Shown here: piece after piece, positions 35,169 to 50,400 of the stretch
How positions within the stretch are numbered: the stretch's first letter is position 1
Layout: every line of letters begins with the position of its first letter
Assembly: GCA_032718475.1 (NCBI GenBank)
Contig: JAUCBJ010000044.1
Coordinates: 1 to 64,000, forward strand
Direction of reading: 5' to 3'
DNA: 64,000 bases
Origin: Nemertoderma westbladi
Taxonomy: Eukaryota; Animalia; Xenacoelomorpha
Notes under the pieces: generated by a model
Told to the model about the DNA's origin: nothing
Databases searched by the model: none
The model's input: the letters and a program-made list of their open reading frames with translations, nothing else
Position numbers and translations under genes: made by a program

Positions 35169-38029
35169 TATTCATTATTCATTTATATTTATTTCTCCAA
35201 TCAAACAAATAAGAAATTGCAATACACTTTCATAATTAAATCAATAGTTATAAATGTTGACTGAAGCTGGCTGACTGCTAATAGCCTGGAGCTAGTGGAC
35301 GCAATCAGCCAGGTATTAAGCTAAGTATCAGACATGAAGTATTATTTTACTACCTTGGGTATTTATATTATGACACTTTTTTCATATCCTTAAATACTCT
35401 CCGGCCCAAAAAATGAAATATTTATAGAACCATTAACTAAATTTATTGTGATACTATTGACCGATACCTACTTGGTTGAGACTAAAATTTGAAATTGAAA
35501 GAGTGGATGATGGCGATTTTATTTAAATAGAAATGATGATTAATAATTAATTGACCAAAACAGAGTAGATTCAGAGAAAAGTTATTGATAATTTATTTTA
35601 TACAATTTGAAGTAAAAATAGTTAGGATGTTACGGGTGGCAATTTTTGTGAAGTCTTATATTATATTTGTCAGGAAGTTAAATTTTAAATTTTGCACCAG
35701 TATCCAGTATATAAAAAAAAATAAAAAAATAAAAAATAATAATAAATAAATAGGGAGAAGTGTCAAATTTGTAAATTTTATTTTCAATAAAAATATTTTA
35801 TAGGTGCTGTAGGAGGTGCTGTAGGAGGTGCTTTTTCAGGTTTTTTGAAAACATTGCTATTGTTTTTTTTTCCTAATCATCACCGGGATCTCGTTCCAAA
35901 TAGACGGACCAAGATAACTAAGAGAGCGTTGAGTTGAGCTGAGACGTACTAGTGGAAGTTGAATATTCCCTTGGGTGGCTGATCTTGTATTATAATTATG
36001 GCAGTCTTTAATTTTATTGAAAAATAGCTTTGAGATATTTGTAGGGGCTAAATTGTTGTTACATCTGTATACAAACCTACCTATTTCGTACTTATAAAGC
36101 AAATCTAAGGGAAGGATATTTAATGATTTGTAAATGGGATTTGCCGATGAACGATGGTGGCTGAAGGTAATACATCGTAATAATTTATTGATTTTTATTC
36201 TGAGTGATTTAATAATGCTTTCATAAGTTCCCCCCCAAAGTATGATTCCGTAAATTAAGTATGGGTGAATTAAAGAAAAATAAAGTAATCTTAAGATATT
36301 TAATGGGAATATGTGCCTCAGTTTGAAAAATATACCAGAAAATTTTGAAATTTTTTTAGTTATGTATTGAATGTGACTTCTCCAGTTTAATTTATTATCC
36401 ACCCATACCCCTAAAAATTTAGTTACATGTACTTGTTTTATTTTATTGGTGTTAATATGTACTATTGGCGTATTTGTAAAGTCTTTTAAAGTATATGAAA
36501 ACAATTCGTATTCAGTTTTTGATAGATTTAAAGATAATTTATTGTCAATTAACCAATTCGAAATTTTAGCTAGTTCACAGTTTGTGGCTTCAATTAAAAC
36601 ATTAATATTATTATTTGATGTATAAAGGGTAGTATCATCTGCAAAAAGGGTACAGTTAAGATTTGTTACATTGGGTAGATCGTTGATGTAAAGTAGGAAT
36701 AAGTTTGGTGACATTATACTACCCTGGGGAACCCCACAAGCCAGTGGTAAATTTATTGAATTGCAATCATCTATGGAAACGTATTGAAATCTGTTTGATA
36801 AAAAGTTTGAAATTAGGTCGTGAGGTTTTCCTCTTATGCCATAGTTAAGTCATTTATTTTTAAGAATTTTGTGATCTAAAGTATCATATGCTTTTTTTAA
36901 ATCAATAAAGATAGCACTGGTTGTGTGTTTGTGTTCTAGAACATTTTGAATATGATTTATTACTGAGAGTAGAGCATCGGAAGTTGTTGTCTTAGGTCGA
37001 AAACCGTATTGTGAACTAGTAAAAATTCCAAACTTTAACATAAAAGACTGAAGTTGGTTATTTATTATTATTTCAAATATTTTGCTAAGAACTGGTAAAA
37101 GTGAAATAGGACGGTAATTATTTGGGTCGGTGGGGTCCCCCCCTTTAAAAGATGGAATAATTTTAGCAATTTTTAGAGAGTCGGGGAAGAAACCTCGTTG
37201 AATTGATAGATTTATAAGAGGAGCTAGGAGAAATGACAGAGGTTTAGCAGCCAGTATAAGAAGTTTAGTTGGAAATGTGTCATTGGTTCCTGATTTTGGA
37301 TTTAAATGCAAGAGTTCATATTCAACTTCCACCAGCGATGTCTCAACTAATGAGAACGAACTGGAGCTATTAAACTTAATATTCCGTGTTGGAGAGCGGT
37401 TTGATGTGGGAATTGAGCTTGCCAACTCTGGACCAATATTAGCGAAATGGATGTTAGCAATTTTTAATTTATCTGTAAATGTTTCAATTTTATCCCCTTC
37501 TTTAACAGTAATATTTTTTGGAATGTTTAATTTTTTTTGTCTATTTAAAGCTGAGTTTATTATGAGCCAGGTTTTTCTAGTGTTGTTTGAATTTGATGTG
37601 AATTTGTTCGTATAATAATTTTTCTCTGCAATTTTCAGGCATGAAGTTAATTTATTACGATATGTTTTAAATTTATTTGAGTTTTCTGTTGTGGGATTTT
37701 TTAAATATTTTCGGAATAATGTATTCTTCTTGCGGGAGCATTTTATTAAAGAGGTGGTTATCCAGGGTTTTTTGGGGGAATTGTGTTGACTTATTTTTTT
37801 TTTGGTTACATGATTCGAACAAATGTTTTCTAGATTTTCATAAAATTTATTAAATTTTTCATTATCTGGTATTAAACTGGATTTGTAACACCAAGAGCTT
37901 TCCAGTTTAATATCTTTTATGAATTTATCGGCCTTAAAATTTGAGTAATCAAAAATGGTATTGTGTGTTGGGTCTGAAAAATGGCAAGAACAGTTTCTAA
38001 AAATTGAAAAGCAAGGTAAGTGGTCCGAT
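35169..38029 (-). mobile_element. 5'-truncated CR1/L2-group LINE, copy 1 (RT pseudogene)
   Basis: Begins at the SDHLPCF end of the APE domain; KNPWIT, NYRPISLL, QYGFR, FIDLKKAYD, GVPQGS, LFADDT, KFLGV. In-frame TGA at 36850-36852; ~690-bp 3' UTR with AT-rich simple-repeat tail; GTTTAT duplicated at both junctions. Confidence 0.93.
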
Positions 38030-38549
38030 GTTTATAGTGATAGATACCAAAACTCCATCTAAAATAAAAATAGTTTATAGAGATAGATACCAAAACTTAA
38101 TCTAAATAAAAATAGTTTGCAATGCTAGATACCAAAACTCCATCTAAAATAAAAATAGTTTGTAGAGATAGATACCAAAACTCCATCTAAAATAAAAATA
38201 GTTTGTAGAGAAAGATACCAAAACTCCATCTAAAATATAAATAGTTTGTAGAGATAGATAACAAAACTCCATCTAAAATAAAAATAGTTTATAGAGATAG
38301 ATACCAAAACTCCATCTAAAATAAAAATAGTTAGTAGAGATAGATACCAAAACTCCATCTAAAATAAAAATAGTTTGTAGAGATAGATACCAAAACTCCA
38401 TCTAAAATAAAAATAGTTTGTAGAGATAGATACCAAAACTCCATCAAAATAAAAATAGTTTGTAGAGATAGATACCAAAACTCCATCTAAAATAAAAATA
38501 GTTTGTAGAGATAGATACCAAAACTCCATCTAAAATAAAAATAGTTTAT

Positions 38550-41405
38550 TATTCATTATTCATTTATATTTATTTCTCCAATCAAACAAATAAGAAATTG
38601 CAATACACTTTCATAATTAAATCAATAGATATAAATGTTGACTGAAGCTGGCTGACTGCTAATAGCCTGGAGCTAGTGGACGCAATCAGCCAGGTATTAA
38701 GCTAAGTATCAGACATGAAGTATTATTTTACTACCTTGGGTATTTATATTATGACACATTTTTCATATCCTTAAATACTCTCCGGCCCAAAAAATGAAAT
38801 ATTTATAGAACCATTAACTAAATTTATTGTGATACTATTGACCGATACCTACTTGGTTGAGACTAAAATTTGAAATTGAAAGAGTGGATGATGGCGATTT
38901 TATTTAAATAGAAATGATGATTAATAATTAATTGACCAAAACAGAGTAGATTCAGAGAAAAGTTATTGATAATTTATTTTATACAATTTGAAGTAAAAAT
39001 AGTTAGGATGTTACGGGTGGCAATTTTTGTGAAGTCTTATATAGGTCAGGAAGTTAAATTTTAAATTTTGCACCAGTATCCAGTATATAAAAAAAAATAA
39101 AAAAATAAAAAATAATAATAAATAAATAGGGAGAAGTGTCAAATTTGTAAATTTTATTTTCAATAAAAATATTTTATAGGTGCTGTAGGAGGTGCTGTAG
39201 GAGGTGCTTTTTCAGGTTTTTTGAAAACATTGCTATTGTTTTTTTTTCCTAATCATCACCGGGATCTCGTTCCAAATAGACGGACCAAGATAACTAAGAG
39301 AGCGTTGAGTTGAGCTGAGACGTACTAGTGGAAGTTGAATATTCCCTTGGGTGGCTGATCTTGTATTATAATTATGGCAGTCTTTAATTTTATTGAAAAA
39401 TAGCTTTGAGATATTTGTAGGGGCTAAATTGTTGTTACATCTGTATACAAACCTACCTATTTCGTACTTATAAAGCAAATCTAAGGGAAGGATATTTAAT
39501 GATTTGTAAATGGGATTTGCCGATGAACGATGGTGGCTGAAGGTAATACATCGTAATAATTTATTGATTTTTATTCTGAGTGATTTAATAATGCTTTCAT
39601 AAGTTCCCCCCCAAAGTATGATTCCGTAAATTAAGTATGGGTGAATTAAAGAAAAATAAAGTAATCTTAAGATATTTAATGGGAATATATGCCTCAGTTT
39701 GAAAAATATACCAGAAAATTTTGAAATTTTTTTAGTTATGTATTGAATGTGACTTCTCCAGTTTAATTTATTATCCACCCATACCCCTAAAAATTTAGTT
39801 ACATGTACTTGTTTTATTTTATTGGTGTTAATATGTACTATTGGCGTATTTGTAAAGTCTTTTAAAGTATATGAAAACAATTCGTATTCAGTTTTTGATA
39901 GATTTAAAGATAATTTATTGTCAATTAACCAATTCGAAATTTTAGCTAGTTCACAGTTTGTGGCTTCAATTAAAACATTAATATTATTATTTGATGTATA
40001 AAGGGTAGTATCATCTGCAAAAAGGGTACAGTTAAGATTTGTTGCATTGGGTAGATCGTTGATGTAAAGTAGGAATAAGTTTGGTGACATTATACTACCC
40101 TGGGGAACCCCACAAGCCAGTGGTAAATTTATTGAATTGCAATCATCTATGGAAACGTATTGAAATCTGTTTGATAAAAAGTTTGAAATTAGGTCGTGAG
40201 GTTTTCCTCTTATGCCATAGTTAAGTCATTTATTTTTAAGAATTTTGTGATCTAAAGTATCATATGCTTTTTTTAAATCAATAAAGATAGCACTGGTTGT
40301 GTGTTTGTGTTCTAGAACATTTTGAATATGATTTATTACTGAGAGTAGAGCATCGGAAGTTGTTGTCTTAGGTCGAAAACCGTATTGTGAACTAGTAAAA
40401 ATTCCAAACTTTAACATAAAAGACTGAAGTTGGTTATTTATTATTATTTCAAATATTTTGCTAAGAACTGGTAAAAGTGAAATAGGACGGTAATTATTTG
40501 GGTCGGTGGGGTCCCCCCCTTTAAAAGATGGAATAATTTTAGCAATTTTTAGAGAGTCGGGGAAGAAACCTCGTTGAATTGATAGATTTATAAGAGGAGC
40601 TAGGAGAAATGACAGAGGTTTAGCAGCCAGTATAAGAAGTTTAGTTGGAAATGTGTCATTGGTTCCTGATTTTGGATTTAAATGCAAGAGTTCATATTCA
40701 ACTTCCACCAGCGATGTCTCAACTAATGAGAACGAACTGGAGCTATTAAACTTAATATTCCGTGTTGGAGAGCGGTTTGATGTGGGAATTGAGCTTGCCA
40801 ACTCTGGACCAATATTAGCGAAATGGATGTTAGCAATTTTTAATTTATCTGTAAATGTTTCAATTTTATCCCCTTCTTTAACAGTAATATTTTTTGGAAT
40901 GTTTAATTTTTTTTGTCTATTTAAAGCTGAGTTTATTATGAGCCAGGTTTTTCTAGTGTTGTTTGAATTTGATGTGAATTTGTTCGTATAATAATTTTTC
41001 TCTGCAATTTTCAGGCATGAAGTTAATTTATTACGATATGTTTTAAATTTATTTGAGTTTTCTGTTGTGGGATTTTTTAAATATTTTCGGAATAATGTAT
41101 TCTTCTTGCGGGAGCATTTTATTAAAGAGGTGGTTATCCAGGGTTTTTTGGGGGAATTGTGTTGACTTATTTTTTTTTTGGTTACATGATTCGAACAAAT
41201 GTTTTCTAGATTTTCATAAAATTTATTAAATTTTTCATTATCTGGTATTAAACTGGATTTGTAACACCAAGAGCTTTCCAGTTTAATATCTTTTATGAAT
41301 TTATCGGCCTTAAAATTTGAGTAATCAAAAATGGTATTGTGTGTTGGGTCTGAAAAATGGCAAGAACAGTTTCTAAAAATTGAAAAGCAAGGTAAGTGGT
41401 CCGAT
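38550..41405 (-). mobile_element. 5'-truncated CR1/L2-group LINE, copy 2
   Basis: Same endpoints, same premature stop (40226-40228) and same flanking satellite variants as copy 1; differs by a few substitutions and a 5-bp indel. Confidence 0.93.
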
Positions 41406-44400
41406 GTTTATAGTGATAGATACCAAAACTCCATCTAAAATAAAAATAGTTTATAGAGATAGATACCAAAACTTAATCTAAATAAAAATAGTTTGCAATG
41501 CTAGATACCAAAACTCCATCTAAAATAAAAATAGTTTGTAGAGATAGATACCAAAACTCCATCTAAAATAAAAATAGTTTGTAGAGATAGATACCAAAAC
41601 TCCATCTAAAATATAAATAGTTTGTAGAGATAGATAACAAAACTCCATCTAAAATAAAAATAGTTTATAGAGATAGATACCAAAACTCCATCTAAAATAA
41701 AAATAGTTTGTAGAGATAGATACCAAAACTCCATCTAAAATAAAAATAGTTTGTAGAGATAGATACCAAAACTACATCTAAAATAAAAATAGTTTGTAGA
41801 GATAGATACCAAAACTCCATCTAAAATAAAAATAGTTTGGTTTGTAGAAATAGATACCAAAACTCCATCTAAAATAAAAATAGTTTATAGAGATAGATAC
41901 CAAAACTCCATCTAAAATAAAAATAGTTTATAGAGATAGATACCAAAACTCAATCTAAAATAAAAATAGTTTGCAATGCTAGATACCAAAACTCCATCTA
42001 AAATAAAAATAGTTTGTAGAGATAGATACCAAAACTCCATCTAAAATAAAAATAGTTTGTAGAGATAGATACCAAAACTCCATCTAAAATAAAAATAGTT
42101 TGTAGAGATAGATACCAAAACTCCATCTAAAATAAAAATAGTTTGTAGAGATAGATACCAAAATTCCATCTAAAATAAAAATAGTTTGTAGAGATAGATA
42201 CCAAAACTCCATCTAAAATAAAAATAGTTTGTAGAGATAGATACCAAAACTCCATCTAAAATATAAATAGTTTGTAGAGATAGATACCAAAACTCCATCT
42301 AAAATATAAATAGTTTGTAGAGATAGATACCAAAACTCCATCTAAAATAAAAATAGTTAGTAGAGATAGATACCAAAACTCCATCTAAAATAAAAATAGT
42401 TTATAGAGATAGATACCAAAACTCCATCTAAAATAAAAATAGTTTGTAGAGATAGATACCAAAACTCCATCTAAAATAAAAATAGTTTATAGAGATAGAT
42501 ACCAAAACTCAATCTAAAATAAAAATAGTTTGCAATGCTAGATACCAAAACTCCATCTAAAATAAAAATAGTTAGTAGAGATAGATACCAAAACTCCATC
42601 TAAAATAAAAATAGTTTGTAGAGATAGATACCAAAACTCCATCTAAAATAAAAATAGTTTGTAGAGATAGATACCAAAACTCCATCTAAAATAAAAATAG
42701 TTAGTAGAGATAGATACCAAAACTCCATCTAAAATAAAAATAGTTTATAGAGATAGATACCAAAACTCCATCTAAAATAAAAATAGTTTATAGAGATAGA
42801 TACCAAAACTCAATCTAAAATAAAAATAGTTTGCAATGCCATCTAAAATAAAAATAGTTTGTTGAGATAGATACCAAAACTCCATCTAAAATAAATATAG
42901 TTTGTAGAGATAGATACCAAAACTCCATCTAAAATAAAAATAGTTTGTAGAGATAGATACCAAAACTACATCTAAAATAAAAATAGTTTGTAGAGATAGA
43001 TACCAAAACTCCATCTAAAATAAAAATAGTTTGTAGAGATAGATACCAAAACTCCATCTAAAATAAAAATAGTTAGTAGAGATAGATACCAAAACTCCAT
43101 CTAAAATAAAAATAGTTTGTAGAGATAGATACCAAAACTCCATCTAAAATAAAAATAGTTAGTAGAGATAGATACCAAAACTCCATCTAAAATAAAAATA
43201 GTTTGTAGAGATAGATACCAAAACTCCATCTAAAATAAAAATAGTTTGTAGAGATAGATACCAAAACTCCATCTAAAATAAAAATAGTTAGTAGAGATAG
43301 ATACCAAAACTCCATCTAAAATAAAAATAGTTTATAGAGATAGATACCAAAACTCCATCTAAAATAAAAATAGTTTGCAATGCTAGATACCAAAACTCCA
43401 TCTAAAATAAAAATAGTTAGTAGAGATAGATACCAAAACTCCATCTAAAATAAAAATAGTTTGTAGAGATAGATACCAAAACTCCATCTAAAATAAAAAT
43501 AGTTTGTAGAGATAGATACCAAAACTCCATCTAAAATAAAAATAGTTAGTAGAGATAGATACCAAAACTCCATCTAAAATAAAAATAGTTTATAGAGATA
43601 GATACCAAAACTCCATCTAAAATAAAAATAGTTTATAGAGATAGATACCAAAACTCAATCTAAAATAAAAATAGTTTGCAATGCCATCTAAAATAAAAAT
43701 AGTTTGTTGAGATAGATACCAAAACTCCATCTAAAATAAAAATAGTTTGTAGAGATAGATACCAAAACTCCATCTAAAATAAAAATAGTTTGTAGAGATA
43801 GATACCAAAACTACATCTAAAATAAAAATAGTTTGTAGAGATAGATACCAAAACTCCATCTAAAATAAAAATAGTTTAGAGTGATAGATACCAAAACTCA
43901 ATCTAAAATAAAAATAGTTTGCAATGCCATCTAAAATAAAAATAGTTTGTTGAGATAGATACCAAAACTCCATCTAAAATAAAAATAGTTTGTAGAGATA
44001 GATACCAAAACTCAATCTAAAATAAAAATAGTTTGCAATGCCATCTAAAATAAAAATAGTTTGTTGAGATAGATACCAAAACTCCATCTAAAATAAAAAT
44101 AGTTTGTAGAGATAGATACCAAAACTCCATCTAAAATAAAAATAGTTTGTAGAGATAGATACCAAAACTCCATCTAAAATAAAAATAGTTTGTAGAGATA
44201 GATACCAAAACTCCATCTAAAATAAAAATAGTTAGTAGAGATAGATACCAAAACTCCATCTAAAATAAAAATAGTTTGTAGAGATAGATACCAAAACTCC
44301 ATCTAAAATAAAAATAGTTTGTAGAGATAGATAACAAAACTCCATCTAAAATAAAAATAGTTTGTAGAGATAGATACCAAAACTCCATCTAAAATAAAAA

Positions 44401-47400
44401 TAGTTTGTAGAGATAGATACCAAAACTCCATCTAAAATAAAAATAGTTTGTAGAGATAGATACCAAAACTCCATCTAAAATAAAAATAGTTTATAGTGAT
44501 AGATACCAAAACTCCATCTAAAATAAAAATAGTTTATAGAGATAGATACCAAAACTTAATCTAAAATAAAAATAGTTTGCAATGCTAGATACCAAAACTC
44601 CATCTAAAATAAAAATAGTTTGTAGAGATAGATACCAAAACTCCATCTAAAATAAAAATAGTTTATAGAGATAGATACCAAAACTCAATCTAAAATAAAA
44701 ATAGTTTGCAATGCCATCTAAAATAAAAATAGTTTGTTGAGATAGATACCAAAACTCCATCTAAAATAAAAATAGTTTGTAGAGATAGATACCAAAACTC
44801 CATCTAAAATAAAAATAGTTTGTAGAGATAGATACCAAAACTCCATCTAAAATAAAAATAGTTTGTAGAGATAGATACCAAAACTCCATCTAAAATAAAA
44901 ATAGTTAGTAGAGATAGATACCAAAACTCCATCTAAAATAAAAATAGTTTGTAGAGATAGATACCAAAACTCCATCTAAAATAAAAATAGTTTGCAATGC
45001 TAGATACCAAAACTCCATCTAAAATAAAAATAGTTAGTAGAGATAGATACCAAAACTCCATCTAAAATAAAAATAGTTTGTAGAGATAGATACCAAAACT
45101 CCATCTAAAATAAAAATAGTTTGTAGAGATAGATACCAAAACTCCATCTAAAATAAAAATAGTTAGTAGAGATAGATACCAAAACTCCATCTAAAATAAA
45201 AATAGTTTATAGAGATAGATACCAAAACTCCATCTAAAATAAAAATAGTTTATAGAGATAGATACCAAAACTCAATCTAAAATAAAAATAGTTTGCAATG
45301 CCATCTAAAATAAAAATAGTTTGTTGAGATAGATACCAAAACTCCATCTAAAATAAAAATAGTTTGTAGAGATAGATACCAAAACTCCATCTAAAATAAA
45401 AATAGTTTGTAGAGATAGATACCAAAACTACATCTAAAATAAAAATAGTTTGTAGAGATAGATACCAAAACTCCATCTAAAATAAAAATAGTTTAGAGTG
45501 ATAGATACCAAAACTCAATCTAAAATAAAAATAGTTTGCAATGCCATCTAAAATAAAAATAGTTTGTTGAGATAGATACCAAAACTCCATCTAAAATAAA
45601 AATAGTTTGTAGAGATAGATACCAAAACTCAATCTAAAATAAAAATAGTTTGCAATGCCATCTAAAATAAAAATAGTTTGTTGAGATAGATACCAAAACT
45701 CCATCTAAAATAAAAATAGTTTGTAGAGATAGATACCAAAACTCCATCTAAAATAAAAATAGTTTGTAGAGATAGATACCAAAACTCCATCTAAAATAAA
45801 AATAGTTTGTAGAGATAGATACCAAAACTCCATCTAAAATAAAAATAGTTAGTAGAGATAGATACCAAAACTCCATCTAAAATAAAAATAGTTTGTAGAG
45901 ATAGATACCAAAACTCCATCTAAAATAAAAATAGTTTGTAGAGATAGATAACAAAACTCCATCTAAAATAAAAATAGTTTGTAGAGATAGATACCAAAAC
46001 TCCATCTAAAATAAAAATAGTTTGTAGAGATAGATACCAAAACTCCATCTAAAATAAAAATAGTTTGTAGAGATAGATACCAAAACTCCATCTAAAATAA
46101 AAATAGTTTATAGTGATAGATACCAAAACTCCATCTAAAATAAAAATAGTTTATAGAGATAGATACCAAAACTTAATCTAAAATAAAAATAGTTTGCAAT
46201 GCTAGATACCAAAACTCCATCTAAAATAAAAATAGTTTGTAGAGATAGATACCAAAACTCCATCTAAAATAAAAATAGTTTATAGAGATAGATACCAAAA
46301 CTCAATCTAAAATAAAAATAGTTTGCAATGCCATCTAAAATAAAAATAGTTTGTTGAGATAGATACCAAAACTCCATCTAAAATAAAAATAGTTTGTAGA
46401 GATAGATACCAAAACTCCATCTAAAATAAAAATAGTTTGTAGAGATAGATACCAAAACTCCATCTAAAATAAAAATAGTTTGTAGAGATAGATACCAAAA
46501 CTCCATCTAAAATAAAAATAGTTAGTAGAGATAGATACCAAAACTCCATCTAAAATAAAAATAGTTTGTAGAGATAGATACCAAAACTCCATCTAAAATA
46601 AAAATAGTTTATAGAGATAGATACCAAAACTCAATCTAAAATAAAAATAGTTTGCAATGCCATCTAAAATAAAAATAGTTTGTTGAGATAGATACCAAAA
46701 CTCCATCTAAAATAAAAATAGTTTGTAGAGATAGATACCAAAACTCCATCTAAAATAAAAATAGTTTGTAGAGATAGATACCAAAACTACATCTAAAATA
46801 AAAATAGTTTGTAGAGATAGATACCAAAACTCCATCTAAAATAAAAATAGTTTAGAGTGATAGATACCAAAACTCAATCTAAAATAAAAATAGTTTGCAA
46901 TGCCATCTAAAATAAAAATAGTTTGTTGAGATTGATACCAAAACTCCATCTAAAATAAAAATAGTTTGTAGAGATAGATACCAAAACTCAATCTAAAATA
47001 AAAATAGTTTGCAATGCCATCTAAAATAAAAATAGTTTGTTGAGATAGATACCAAAACTCCATCTAAAATAAAAATAGTTTGTAGAGATAGATACCAAAA
47101 CTCCATCTAAAATAAAAATAGTTTGTAGAGATAGATACCAAAACTCCATCTAAAATAAAAATAGTTTGTAGAGATAGATACCAAAACTCCATCTAAAATA
47201 AAAATAGTTAGTAGAGATAGATACCAAAACTCCATCTAAAATAAAAATAGTTTGTAGAGATAGATACCAAAACTCCATCTAAAATAAAAATAGTTTGTAG
47301 AGATAGATAACAAAACTCCATCTAAAATAAAAATAGTTTGTAGAGATAGATACCAAAACTCCATCTAAAATAAAAATAGTTTGTAGAGATAGATACCAAA

Positions 47401-50400
47401 ACTCCATCTAAAATAAAAATAGTTTGTAGAGATAGATACCAAAACTCCATCTAAAATAAAAATAGTTTATAGTGATAGATACCAAAACTCCATCTAAAAT
47501 AAAAATAGTTTATAGAGATAGATACCAAAACTTAATCTAAAATAAAAATAGTTTGCAATGCTAGATACCAAAACTCCATCTAAAATAAAAATAGTTTGTA
47601 GAGATAGATACCAAAACTCCATCTAAAATAAAAATAGTTTATAGAGATAGATACCAAAACTCAATCTAAAATAAAAATAGTTTGCAATGCCATCTAAAAT
47701 AAAAATAGTTTGTTGAGATAGATACCAAAACTCCATCTAAAATAAAAATAGTTTGTAGAGATAGATACCAAAACTCCATCTAAAATAAAAATAGTTTGTA
47801 GAGATAGATACCAAAACTCCATCTAAAATAAAAATAGTTTGTAGAGATAGATACCAAAACTCCATCTAAAATAAAAATAGTTAGTAGAGATAGATACCAA
47901 AACTCCATCTAAAATAAAAATAGTTTGTAGAGATAGATACCAAAACTCCATCTAAAATAAAAATAGTTTGTAGAGATAGATAACAAAACTCCATCTAAAA
48001 TAAAAATAGTTTGTAGAGATAGATACCAAAACTCCATCTAAAATAAAAATAGTTTGTAGAGATAGATACCAAAACTCCATCTAAAATAAAAATAGTTTGT
48101 AGAGATAGATACCAAAACTCCATCTAAAATAAAAATAGTTTATAGTGATAGATACCAAAACTCCATCTAAAATAAAAATAGTTTATAGAGATAGATACCA
48201 AAACTTAATCTAAAATAAAAATAGTTTGCAATGCTAGATACCAAAACTCCATCTAAAATAAAAATAGTTTGTAGAGATAGATACCAAAACTCCATCTAAA
48301 ATAAAAATAGTTTATAGAGATAGATACCAAAACTCAATCTAAAATAAAAATAGTTTGCAATGCTAGATACCAAAACTCCATCTAAAATAAAAATAGTTTG
48401 TAGAGATAGATACCAAAACTCCATCTAAAATAAAAATAGTTTGTAGAGATAGATACCAAAACTCCATCTAAAATAAAAATAGTTTGTAGAGATAGATACC
48501 AAAACTCCATCTAAAATAAAAATAGTTTGTAGAGATAGATACCAAAATTCCATCTAAAATAAAAATAGTTTGTAGAGATAGATACCAAAACTCCATCTAA
48601 AATAAAAATAGTTTGTAGAGATAGATACCAAAACTCCATCTAAAATATAAATAGTTTGTAGAGATAGATACCAAAACTCCATCTAAAATATAAATAGTTT
48701 GTAGAGATAGATACCAAAACTCCATCTAAAATAAAAATAGTTAGTAGAGATAGATACCAAAACTCCATCTAAAATAAAAATAGTTTATAGAGATAGATAC
48801 CAAAACTCCATCTAAAATAAAAATAGTTTGTAGAGATAGATACCAAAACTCCATCTAAAATAAAAATAGTTTATAGAGATAGATACCAAAACTCAATCTA
48901 AAATAAAAATAGTTTGCAATGCTAGATACCAAAACTCCATCTAAAATAAAAATAGTTAGTAGAGATAGATACCAAAACTCCATCTAAAATAAAAATAGTT
49001 TGTAGAGATAGATACCAAAACTCCATCTAAAATAAAAATAGTTTGTAGAGATAGATACCAAAACTCCATCTAAAATAAAAATAGTTAGTAGAGATAGATA
49101 CCAAAACTCCATCTAAAATAAAAATAGTTTATAGAGATAGATACCAAAACTCCATCTAAAATAAAAATAGTTTATAGAGATAGATACCAAAACTCAATCT
49201 AAAATAAAAATAGTTTGCAATGCCATCTAAAATAAAAATAGTTTGTTGAGATAGATACCAAAACTCCATCTAAAATAAAAATAGTTAGTAGAGATAGATA
49301 CCAAAACTCTATCTAAAATAAAAATAGTTAGTAGAGATAGATACCAAAACTCCATCTAAAATAAAAATAGTTTATAGAGATAGATACCAAAACTCCATCT
49401 AAAATAAAAATAGTTTATAGAGATAGATACCAAAACTCCATCTAAAATAAAAATAGTTTGTAGAGATAGATACCAAAACTCCATCTAAAATAAAAATAGT
49501 TTATAGAGATAGATACCAAAACTCAATCTAAAATAAAAATAGTTTGCAATGCTAGATACCAAAACTCCATCTAAAATAAAAATAGTTAGTAGAGATAGAT
49601 ACCAAAACTCCATCTAAAATAAAAATAGTTTGTAGAGATAGATACCAAAACTCCATCTAAAATAAAAATAGTTTATAGAGATAGATACCAAAACTCAATC
49701 TAAAATAAAAATAGTTTGCAATGCTAGATACCAAAACTCCATCTAAAATAAAAATAGTTAGTAGAGATAGATACCAAAACTCCATCTAAAATAAAAATAG
49801 TTTGTAGAGATAGATACCAAAACTCCATCTAAAATAAAAATAGTTTGTAGAGATAGATACCAAAACTCCATCAAAATAAAAATAGTTAGTAGAGATAGAT
49901 ACCAAAACTCCATCTAAAATAAAAATAGTTAGTAGAGATAGATACCAAAACTCCATCTAAAATAAAAATAGTTTATAGAGATAGATACCAAAACTCCATC
50001 TAAAATAAAAATAGTTTATAGAGATAGATACTAAAACTCAATCTAAAATAAAAATAGTTTGCAATGCCATCTAAAATAAAAATAGTTTGTTGAGATAGAT
50101 ACCAAAACTCCATCTAAAATAAAAATAGTTAGTAGAGATAGATACCAAAACTCCATCTAAAATAAAAATAGTTAGTAGAGATAGATACCAAAACTCCATC
50201 TAAAATAAAAATAGTTTGTAGAGATAGATACCAAAACTCCATCTAAAATAAAAATAGTTTGTAGAGATAGATACCAAAACTACATCTAAAATAAAAATAG
50301 TTTGTAGAGATAGATACCAAAACTCCATCTAAAATAAAAATAGTTTGTAGAGATAGATACCAAAACTCCATCTAAAATAAAAATAGTTAGTAGAGATAGA

